Origin: Ascidiella aspersa
Taxonomy: Eukaryota
Assembly: GCA_963924565.1 (NCBI GenBank)
Contig: OZ004607.1
Span: forward strand, 32,550,001 to 32,614,000
Direction: 5' to 3'
Length of the DNA stretch: 64,000 nucleotides
Shown here: in pieces, positions 11,601 to 23,600 of the stretch
How the letters are laid out: each line of letters starts with the position of its first letter
How positions within the stretch are numbered: position 1 is the first letter of the stretch
Notes under the pieces: model-generated
Told to the model about the DNA's origin: nothing
The model's database searches: none
The model's input: only the letters and a program-made list of their open reading frames with translations
Position numbers and translations under genes: made by a program

Positions 11601-14600
11601 TTAAAAAATTGTTTTACTACACAGCCATTAAACACATAAAACAAATTCAATATTTAAAGATTTGGAAAAACAAAGGGTTTTTTAAAGACCAAATTAAATG
11701 ATCGACATTTAAAGATTTAAACTTTCAGGCAACCCTGTACCGAGAACGTTTGGGTCGACATATTTGGGTCGACATACGCCAAACTTGGTGAGATTTTCTT
11801 GCTTTGGTTTTGATGGTACACGTGGCGGCTAAAATATTGTAAAATATTGTGTCAAAGCATTTTGTTTAGCCGTTTTGAGAGTAAATAAGATCTTTTTTTG
11901 TCTTTTCTGTTTTGTGTCACGTATGCGAGTGAAACCCGCTAGTATTGCCTTTTGAAGAAGTTTACTTTAAATGGCGGGTATGATGGCAAAAGTAACACAA
12001 AAATGTGTCTTGTTTGTCGATTTTTTTTATTATTGAACAGTTATGCCAATGAGATAACAAACAACAATACTGCAACGCATCTGTCCGAAAAACGTAAGAC
12101 TATTGCCCATTAGGGGTGGACCGTTTTTTGACAATTGAGACAATAGGGACGGATTGAATACGCGGAAACACTTTGCTGGGGTCTATCAAGAAGAATCCAC
12201 TTTTTTGGAAAAAGGGTTTCGACGCAGCTATATTTCTGTAAGTTCAAACCAATAAGCCACGTCTTGCTTTTGAGCTGACTTTTCTTCCAAAAGATAACCT
12301 TTAAAACAGTGGTTCCCAAGCTGTTTTATCTGGCGGACCACTTTTGCATTCTCGAATAATTTTCAAACAAGAATTTTGTCTAAAAAACACTGCACGTCAT
12401 GGCTCCAACATTCAAGTCAGTACTACGAACAACTTAACTACACCAGTCATCGAATATTATAGATATCATTAAGTCTCAATGAGAAGAGTGTGCTTCGGCT
12501 AAAATAACGTATCTGTCGATGTCAATATATTAAAAATATGTTGCGCAGACCCCCGGATACTTTCTCGTGGCTTTAGGGAATCAAAACTTTAAAGGGAATC
12601 AGAACTTTAAACGCTTTAAAGCCCCAATTTTTTTTACCCAAAACAATTAACGAAGTATGACATGTTGGTTAAATAAGTCAAAAGATTATGTAAATAGCAA
12701 AAACGAAGCCGATTAAAATAAGGAAAACTAAACGCAGTGTGAGGCCAAAACAAACAACTTCCAGATAAAACTTTCATTATACAACAGCAACAACGGGCCG
12801 GGGAAGTTTACCTCCTTCTCTATTGACGTAATGACAATCCGCGTCTTCTTGGCCATCCCAGTCTTGCCTCGAGATGAGAGATCCTGTAAAGCGGCTTCGG
12901 CCACCGACTTGGGACTGAACGTCACTTCATCTGTAGAACGAAAAAGTTAAGGTTAGTGAAAAAATACCTCGTCACTGGTTACAGCAGAATACTCTAGCAA
13001 GGCTACCAATTTAGGCCAGACACTATTAGTGTTAGTGACCAGGAACTAAGGTCGACATTTATCTTGCAAGGGTCAAGGTGATTTCCATTATCACATATTC
13101 AGTGCAACGTCATCACTGTTTTTTAAACATTTTCTGACCACGTATGACCTACTTGCTTGCTGCAATGGCGTAACTCCTTTTAGAAAAAAACATGTGTTTT
13201 AACTTGCGTGTTCAGTTGGACTCATAAATGAAGCAACAATAAACTTAATTGCAGTGCCGGGCGTTTCATTAGTGTTCGGAATTTTATATTTCAAGGAAAC
13301 ATAAAAAATTGAGACATCTGCGATATAACATTTTTGTAAAAATCGCATTCCACCAGTGGCAAATTATCAAGACAAGTCCTGATTTAATGCTGTCAACAGA
13401 TAAATTACGAAAAAGCCCTATTCGACCCTTGTAAAAACATAGGTATACGCGGGTGCTGAAGCTTGGATACAGAAAGTCGAGGTATTCGAGGCAGGGCGAC
13501 TTCTCACCGATATTTTTCTTCTCGGGTTCCGTTACGGCAGTTTTGACGTCATCCAGCTTCGAAGGTCGGGAAGGCGATCTGCAATTAACACCAAGTAATT
13601 ATTACAATAGCACAAGTTGTTGGAGCATTGCAAATTGCACTCTATGTTAAACACTATTGATATAATGCTTTGGGTGTAGATTTGGAATTTAAAGTAATTT
13701 TTTTTAAGTTGTAAACGCTTCTTAGCATTAAAATTGAATTTGAACGAAATAAATCATACATATAAATTTATTGATTGGATTAACGTCTATATCTTGCCAT
13801 GAAATATAATGGATTTCAACATTTTTTTGCGAATAAATACATATATTAAATAAATAGATGACGCACATTGACGCCTTTGGAATTTAAAATCGTATTCGAA
13901 TACTAAATAAGCTAAGGTTGAATTTGGTTAACTTTTTAAAGCTTTGGTTGAATTTAAAATCCGCAAAATTTCCGAATCTTGTGCGCTTGAGTTATTATTT
14001 GATATAGTTTAGAAAAAAAAATGCTTAAAAAGTTGAACTGACTTAGCAAGGCGAACTGGAGACGTAAAAAAACACTCTTATAACCCACTTTTTCACGCTC
14101 CTTGCGGTTGTAACTGTCGTCACCTTGGTCGCATCTCCTGTCTTCTCTTTTTCGCCGCTAAAAATAAACGCCTTTAAGTCGTTTCTACCTTTTTTTTGCT
14201 TGGCCACTTGCTTGGGCTATATACGCCTACAGGGTTTGAAATACTGCGACATATTTTGAGCTCTGCGGGAATCCTAGTAGAGCACATATGCTTCTACTAT
14301 ACAGGGTTTCTTAACCAGGGGTGCGGGTATGCTGAATCAGACACGAAAAACGTATTACTGTAATTTATTTTTTTGCTTAGTTACATGTAAAACTAACTCA
14401 CATTTTGGTATTGTGTTACTGTGTTAACAGATAATTGTATAAAAATAAAATTACAATGATTTTGTTATTTAAGCAATTCTAGAAGGGGGGTGCGTCGCGA
14501 GAATTCTTTGGGGATTTAGGAGTGCAGCAAGGAAAAAGGTTAACACCACTGTTCTACTATGTGACAAAGGTGATTTTGCTTTCAAAAAAATCTACATTTT

Positions 14601-17600
14601 ACGCGTAGCCTAACTCTAAAAGCCAAACAAGATTTTAGATTTATCATTTAAAAAAGCACACAATCCCTTTACCTCGTGTCTGGCGCCGCTTTGCCTTGGA
14701 GCTTGCCTTGAGGGGTTGAGAAGAGTTCCTGTCGAGGAAAAAACAACGATCGTCGCTGGTAATACGATTCGTCTCAACGTTAGCTATGGAACGCTTCGTG
14801 CGTTAGGCGCCATTTATGGCCAACCGCCGAGCTACATCAGGGTCTGATTTTAAGAAAGGTAAAAGGTGGAGAAGACGCTTTGCCTTCACGTTAGTTGTGG
14901 AACGCTTATATCGTTGGGCGCCATTTTTGGAGAAGAATCTATATTGAATTTACGAGGGGAACGGGTTTTTAATTTAAAAAAGGGAAAAATTTGAAGTGGA
15001 CGACAATTTAATCGATAAGTGGACCGCAAAACAAAAAAATGTTGGAAACCCCTTTTTTGTTAAGAAAATCGTTTTTTACCTGGACGAGAGACGAGCCTTC
15101 CATGGTGGAGACGCTGTTCCGCTTGAGCGAGTTGGACTTGCTGCCGTTGTAGTTCTCCATCACTGAGAACTAAAAAACGAAAATCTGGTTTCCAACTTGC
15201 GGTTTCGTATATGAACCCGAACAGGCTACAATATACATCTGTTTGTGTCGAATGCGTAGAGTTCAACTTTCGGTGTTTTCTTTTATTAAACACTTCCAAG
15301 TGGCGCGCTTTGCCTCGAGCAGAAACTTGTTTTGTACGTCCTTTATTTCAGACGTGACTTTATCAGTGTTAACAGCTACTTCTGTTCTGTTGCTGTGTAA
15401 GTTTAGGTTTTCTATTTATGTTTTGCTGAATATTACTGTTGGTAACCTTTGTTTATTGTTATTCATACAAAACTTAACTGGCCTTAAACTGCCACGATCA
15501 ATTGCGTGTTACAACCGCAAGACTAGATCTTTGGTGAACCCAAACCTATGAAATCAACCCAAATGCATCTTGTTATGAGTTGGAATGTTCAAATAGAATC
15601 CAAGGTTTTTCTAGAATAGTGCGTTCCGAATGCAACTTACTCACTCTTAATGTTTCGCTCCAGCGACAGGCCTTTGTTCACACTTGTGACTCGTGCATTG
15701 TACAAGTAGGCGCAACCCTTTCGAAGTAAAACGAAGGAATTATAGCGGCTTCAATTACCCGATATTAACGGCAGAATAGGATTGAGATACCTCAGAATTA
15801 CAGTCCTAGGGGTCCGACATTTTATTCTGTACATCCCTAGAAAATAGATCGAAGTTCCATTCGCGTTTTCTATATATAGAGAAAATGTACATAGGGTGGA
15901 CTGGTAAGGTGTAATACTGGTCACAAAAGCTTTTTAAGCAATCAGGTCTTATTTCGAGGTAAAAAAGTATCTAGCTTTTTTAGGCAATGATGAAACGGTT
16001 GTCTTTACAATCTACAGTAAACTTGAACAGTTAGTGCACAAACAACAAGTACGGGATTTATCGACCACAGTACATCGCACTTCCGCAAAAAAGGGAAAGT
16101 CCCGGCAAAAGACGTGTTTACGCCAACTTTCAAACAACAAAAGGGAAAAACACGGACCCATTAAGAGCACACGATCGTTCATTGATTCGCCCGCCCCAGC
16201 CAAGAACTGTTATTGCGGTTTAAGGCTTGACAGCAAATCGTTCGTTAACCTTTGAGTCTGGTTGTCTGATGGCAATACGCAACACAGAAAGATAAAGGGA
16301 AAATACTGGGAAAGCCATTCAAAAATAGTAATCATACCAAAGATATAGCCATTAGATAATTAGGAATATAATTCTGATCGATTTAGATTGCAGTTTAACG
16401 TCGTTTAAGTAAAATTCGATAAACACCGGATAATGTGATCCCATAAATGCAATCCCTGAAATGCCGATTCGACAAAGTACAGTCGATAGCTTTAAATTAA
16501 GCGCGTGAAGCGCCTCAAGTTATTATTTGAGATTTTCACACGAGATAAATCCCTAAATCCGTCCGCAAATTAATCAGATCAAAGACGGTGAGATTGGATC
16601 CAAATCTTTCACTAAGAAGGTTAGATTAACAGAACAGGCTACTCAGAAGGTATAGCCTGGTGTATGCAAGCCAATATTCCGCCACTTCTATCCTTCTTAA
16701 GAAAGTACAGACAGCTAGATTTCGCAAAAAGTATTTTTGGTTTAAAAACTTATAAATTTCGCCATGGTTCACTACTTTTTAAATTAGTTATCTGCAAAAC
16801 ACTAGAAAAGATTTTTCACTACTACAACTCGAATATGGAATTAACAAAAACACCCATTGGCGGTGATTTTTGAAGTGTTTTAAAAAAATCACAGAGGCAT
16901 ACTTTGATTTTTTTTTAGGTGGTTTAGTAAGCCAAAGCTAATTTACAAATTATGGTAGAAAGACTGAGTTTATAAAATATCCTAGTGGTCAGTTACCAAA
17001 GGCCAAAGTTTAGAAAAAAATGGCAGGCTTCTACCTCCACGACCATGCTTCCGACTGACTTGCCGTCCTTTTGCAAAGAAAGGCTCGTCTGCGAAGACTT
17101 CTCCAAGTCGATCGTGTCCAGAAAAATCACGCCGCTTCCAACTAAAAAATTGAAAATATATGTATATTTCCTAAGGCTAAGCAACGCGGCAGATGTGCAA
17201 TGTAGCGGTCGCTTGGGTCGAGGTAGACGTTATAGTTAAGAAGTCGACAGGAACCTAATTGTAAAAAAATGAATAAAATTTGTTTTATTTTAACCGCGTT
17301 TAATAACAATAGCGGACCACTACTATGTCGAATTAACGAGACTTGAATGAACTATGGCTAAGTGGACAAAGTTCCCCAACAACTAACAAAAAGTTGCCCT
17401 CAACGCTCAATTAGACAATTTAAAGGTTATTTCAGTTTTAAAAATGTTTGAAATATTGTGTTAAACGGATAAATACGTCTATTACTTTTTCAAAAAGTTC
17501 TACATTTCTCTACACATTTATTTGAAAAAAAAACAGTTCTTAAACGCATTGCTATTGTTTCAGATCATTTATAATAAAGCGTGACGAAATAACTGAGTTT

Positions 17601-20600
17601 ACCTGTCTTAGCAAACGAAGTGACATTGACGTCCATCTGGGATGACCTTGAACCGAGGTCGAAGGTCATCGGCATATCCTGTGACCTTGCCAGGGTTGAC
17701 TCCTGAAAAAAGGTCGACGGGGTTGTTTATTTCAGTTGCATAACACAATCAGGTAAACAATTCAAAAACTGTCCAAATCTAGATAAATTTTATCTTAGTT
17801 TGCAATAAACCAGGAACGGAACACGTGCGTATTAGCGGGTGACCGGTTGTGACGTCACAAAGCTTGCACCAAATTGCGATTGTTACGCTGCATCGTGCAA
17901 TAATAAATCGACGTGTAAGCTAGCAAGTCTTTTGAGGCAAGTAAGGCTTATCATCTTTTGCTTACTCTTTTGAGTGAATTTCCGTGGCCTAAGTTTGCTT
18001 CATGTGTTAAACAAGATTGGCTGATTGATCATCTTATCGCCGTGTTTTGCTGATTAAAAAATAATAACTTTTTCTATTTTCTGGAAATTTCACGACTTTA
18101 AACGTCCCAAAACATCCATCCTCAAACTGTGTGTCCTTCAAATACTTTCAGGTGTGCCGCCGAACTTTTTTGTAATTGATAACATCATAGTATTTACCAA
18201 TTGCCTTATCGTGTGTTAAAAGCCATTATATTAAATAATATTATTTTGTAGAAAATGTGCCGCAATGCTTTTCTATTTTTTAGTGTCCCGCAAGCTAAAA
18301 AAACAATATTTCATCTTTGGTTTAGCTGAGTTAAGTAAAATTTTTCCTTTTAGAAGACCTAAATATGGCTATTAAAACAACCGTGAAAAAAACCCAAAAA
18401 AACAGATAAATAGATAAAAAAAATTTTAAACAGATATTCAAAAACATTAGTTCAATTTACCCGGGATTGCTTTGGCAGGTTGAGAGCAACGTGACAAACC
18501 AGACTCTCGCTGGGCGCAGATGGTGTCTCCAGCTTCAGCACTGAAAAGTATTAAGCAGTTATTAAAACAATTAATTTCAATAAGGTTTAGAAAATCGGGA
18601 TTACCCGAGAACCACGAGTTACATTCCCGTTTTTTTACCTTACTAATTTTGCAATATATTGTTTTCTAAAAACAGGTAATATTGGCCACATTTATATCGT
18701 AATTAGGAAAATTCACAAAATAATTAGAGTTGGGGAGCAAAATTAGGAACAGGCAAAAAAGGTGGTAAAAGTAAAAAAAAATCATCCAGCGACCAACGAA
18801 TTCTTTCATGTATAATATCCTCAGGCTTAGATAAAAATTCAAAACAGAGTGTAACATATAGGCAAGAACAATGGTGTGCTTGCGTCTTGACGTACACAAC
18901 AGTACTCCAGAGATGCTTAGCTTTGGCCAAGTAATGACCGTTTGGTTGGCATTAAAACCGCAACAACAAGAGCTTCGGTAAAACCGTCGAACATCGAATT
19001 AGAAACGGCGCCTAAATAAAATAAACGTGCCCGCGTCTAAAATTTTGCCGTGCACTATGTTAGTGTCCTGGGCAAACCACGGCCCGCGGGGACTTTTTTT
19101 TGCCGTGCGCCTAGCAATATAATCCGGCCCGCGGCTTATTTAAAAAAAAAACTTTTTAGGCAAAAACAGGCCTTAACATATTTTTCTTAATTTTAGAATA
19201 TTTTATTGAATACATTACCCTTGTGGATCATCATCACCTATTTAAATTTAAATTTAAAGTTTCTTTTAAAAGGAATCACACGTTGTAGTATGTGTTTTTG
19301 ACATTGTTTAGCCCGCCCGCCAAGACATTAACTGTTTCTTATGCGGCCCGCTTTTAAAAATTATTGCCGATCCCTACACTATGTGGTCTTGGGCGGAAAT
19401 ACCAAAGGCGCTTTGCGCGATGTTGTATCGATTTGATGTGCGCTTTAAGACCCTTTGGCGCGCAGATCTATAAATGATGCAACAAATGCGTCTGTTGACG
19501 TCTCTAAGGATGCGTCTGGTGCTTACCTTGCTTTGATTTTAAATATTATGTAAACAATGTCACTTAGAGCTCGAATCAACGACAAATCAAATGCTACATG
19601 TAGTTTCACTTTTTTTCAGTTTTAACGTGAAATCAGACAAGTTTTAAAGCAGTTAATGTTGTTGGACACATTATTTAAAATAAATATATATCCAATATGA
19701 AAGCTAAAATTCAAAGCCAATACCTATAGTACAAAAATCTACGGTATAGGATTTGATTTAAATATCGCTATACTGGCCAATTGGTCATTGTTTGTTTTTT
19801 CCTTCTTTGTAAATGCATCTTGTTACTAAACATAATTTTTGGCAAATTTTTTCCAAAATTTATAGCTGGTAAAGCAATACAAAGATAAGGCTTGTTTAAC
19901 AAGAATCGAACTTTACTGTGCTATTGTATTATTTGTTTTTGTTTACTTTGAGCTTGCAAAAAGTTCGGTGAAAAAGAATTGGGCGCCAAAGCTTCGTGTT
20001 ATACTTTAGTTTATTATTGCGGTCGCCGCGCAAATGAGCCAAACTGACCGGATAATATTACAAATTTAGCTGTTAAATAGGCTGTTGCCTAAATATGTTA
20101 AATATCCGATTTGCTACTACTAGCTGACATGCCTTTATATTCTTTTAGCAACAGGCCGGTAGCAATGCCCTGGGACTGTTTCACTACCTGTAACCTTTTC
20201 AATGTAAGTGTTTTATGACTAATTTAATTGTAAGCATTATATTGCCTTCGATTAAAGGTCACTGAACACATGGTGCCTTGACATTGTACTTGTCCTTACA
20301 GCAGTTGCTGTTAATTCCTTGTAAGTGCACAGCAATAATCTTACTATACAACTTAGATCTTATGCATCACGGTTTTGTTTGGATTTGTAATGCATTCAAA
20401 TTAAGATATGAATCCATTGGACTAAGCCAATGCGTTATTATTAAAATTCCTTATTTTATTTTGATACCCGATGCCATTTGATAGCATCGGTACCGTCCGA
20501 TAGTAGGATGGTTTATTGCTTTTAACCATAGTCATGGGTAATGACGTATTTTGTTATGGAATAGGGCCGCGAAAGTATCACAAATCCCTAATAATGATCA

Positions 20601-23600
20601 AGACCAAGTGTCCAATCGTATAAACTCGTTTTCACATACCAGAATTGCCATCGAACATCAGCTCCCAAACCTAATAAAGACACTTTTTGCTGGTGGAGTC
20701 AATAATGTAGGAAACAGACAGATCCACAGTCGGACGAAAAAACTCAGCAAGGCGACAAACTCCACAAGCCATGAGATCTTACCTTTAACCAGGAGCCTTT
20801 TTTCCCGGACACGGATTGGTTTGGCGGGTCCTCTTCCAGATGGAGTCCTGGTGATGCTGCTCAGCGATCCTAGGCTCCCGCTGAGCACCTTAGAGGAGCT
20901 CTCAAAGTCCTTGAGGCGATTGCTGGAGGAAAGAGGAGTGGACGAGCGGCTGCCTGGCACTAGATTAAAAAAAATATATATTAAGGCATATTAGTCGACT
21001 TTGAATTTCAAGGGGTATTTTTGCAACAACAAAATGGTCGTTTTCAATCGTTCGTTTTTAAGTAATATGTAGAAATTCTGCTTTTGTTGTCCTTAACCCG
21101 CATTTTGATTAGAAATTTGTGGAGAAAATTGAAATGCTCTTATGTATATCGTAACTTCAGATCATTAAATAAAAAAAAAACGATAATATGGGATATTGTT
21201 CGTTCGACTTTAAATGTTTCAGGGTTTTTTGGGCACGAGTTTGTTTCGGCAAAAAATTAAACGAAATGGTGATTATAATTGTTCGTTTTTAGTAGAAGTA
21301 TCGATTTTTGTTGCGCTTAACCGCGTTTTAATTACAACTGGGTGAAAAAAATTTAGAAAAAATCTAAAAGTCTGGAGGGAAAATCGATGTTCTTGTGTAA
21401 CACAAATCTTTGCAAATAAATGTCAAACGTAACCCCAGAACATTTAAATTTTAGTCAATTTTATTTTTAAACGAATTTATTGTCATTAACTGAAATAGAG
21501 TATTTTATAACGAGGCTAAAAGTTTTTTTATTACGTTGAAATATATCATAAATATTTTTCTTTATTTTATTAAGCGCTATTTAACCTAGACACAGCGATC
21601 AATCAAGATAAATAACTATCTATTAATTTTAACCAGTTTTATGGACTTTATCACAATCATTTTCATTCTTACCGCTATTGCTGATGCATTCCCTCTGCAT
21701 TCTGCTGAAAGATGGAGGGACGTCAATTATCAGACCATCGCTGTAGCTTCGTTCAGTTGTGCGGGGCTTCGGGTCTACCGAGAATTTTTTATATAAAAAA
21801 TCTATTTTTATTGTACTTATTGCATTATTGAAAAAATACAACAAATATAATTCTGAGAATAAAAAACGTCTAGAACGATATAGAATTCTTCTGGACTTAA
21901 ATAAAAAATAAATCCGGCAAATGATAGTTCGTCGAAATATTCCTTGACTTTAGTTTAATTAAATATTTTTTAACCATACCAAGAACTATACTTCATGCTA
22001 GTAACCGACTCTTACGGCCGACTTTTAAACGATAAAAACTTTAAGATACCCTTTGCCACTTCGTCGTCGCTTCCAAAGCAACTTTGCTCCTCGACGTCCT
22101 CGAACTCGCTGTCGTCATGACAACTATCTCTGTAGGGACACCAAGTGGTGATGTTGGCGTAGTAGGTGGTTCGCAGAATCGAAGACTTCAGCGCTTCGGC
22201 TATAACCTAGGGTTGCGAAAAACTCAGCATTTTTTTAAACCGATCCTTCCTGCTAGTGATGTTGGATAATATCGGAACGGAACCTATGCTTGAATACAGG
22301 CCAACAGTGTTTTTTTTAAGGTGTTTTGGGAGACCGAAACGGTCCCCCAAATTTCTCCAGCGGTTTCCCAAATTTTGGACTTGCAACTTTTTGGTATTTA
22401 AATGAAACACTTGCGGTAAAACTACTTAGCGGTCACCCAAACCAAACCTTAAAAAAACCCCTGCAGGCCAATACTAGGGTTGTAACGGTGCCGATCCGAC
22501 ACCCAGTCGTTATTGCGAATTTCTGCTATGATTTGCGATGAAATGCAGCGATTTCTTCCTTGAAGGGAAATTTATCAAAAAACAATAAGCTTCTTAGCGC
22601 TAAAACAAATGAGGGCCAAATAGTCTGTAAAAAATTACCTTTAAACGTTTTAATTGCAATTAATTTGACTGTTTGAGAACAGTAATGACGTCATGTCGTA
22701 TCGAATCGGACCGCGGTACTTTCTGTACAAAATATCGTGCATCGGGATCGGAGTAAAATGTGAAGTGTCGGGCATCTCAAGTTTCTGCTGTAGTTTATTA
22801 TGGAGTTATAAGCCACAAACGATGCTTGGCGGTGCAGTTAGACTTGAAAGCACGCAGAGAGCGCAAATCTTATCAAACGACTTTCCTTATAGCCTACTTA
22901 GATGGATAATAACAGCTCTTCATAAAATCAATGAACGATTGTTGTATGCAGTGCATGTCGCCGCACTTAAACTGCGTATATAAGGATAACAAAGAAAAAT
23001 CACAAGGGTGAAACCAAGACAATCGTTCTTCGCAGAAAGCGCTCTACAATATAGGCTGAATTTCAATGTGCAGGAAACAAAAATCTATTGTCAATGCAGT
23101 ACACTGAAACTACATAAACTCGAAGTTAACCACTTTAAACAATTGCCGACATCAAGACACTGTTAAATCTAAAAACTTGAGTTAAACTGAAAAAGATAGC
23201 GTATTAAAAGTGTACCTCTGGGGCAGTAGAAGCAAGGGTCTGTTTGGTAAGAGGCTTCATTACAAACGAGAAGATCGGCCTTTTCTCGTCTGGTGTGAGC
23301 TGCAGAACATAGTTGCCACTTCGAAGTGACAGCGACATCGAAAACTGAAATTGTTGCAAAGGTAAACTGTTAGTTCGTCATGTGATAGTTTTGAGTGTAA
23401 TTTTACTAAATGAACAGTTTCTCAAGCCACTTGGCTTAACCAAAACTACTACTTCTAAATGAAAAAGGGTCACATAGGCAACGTTTATATAACAACACTA
23501 CAATTTCTTAATTTCAACACAATATCTTTACACAAATTTGGACATATTAAATAAAAAACTCGATTAAAAACTAATAATTTTTATGGTTGGCATAATTTGA

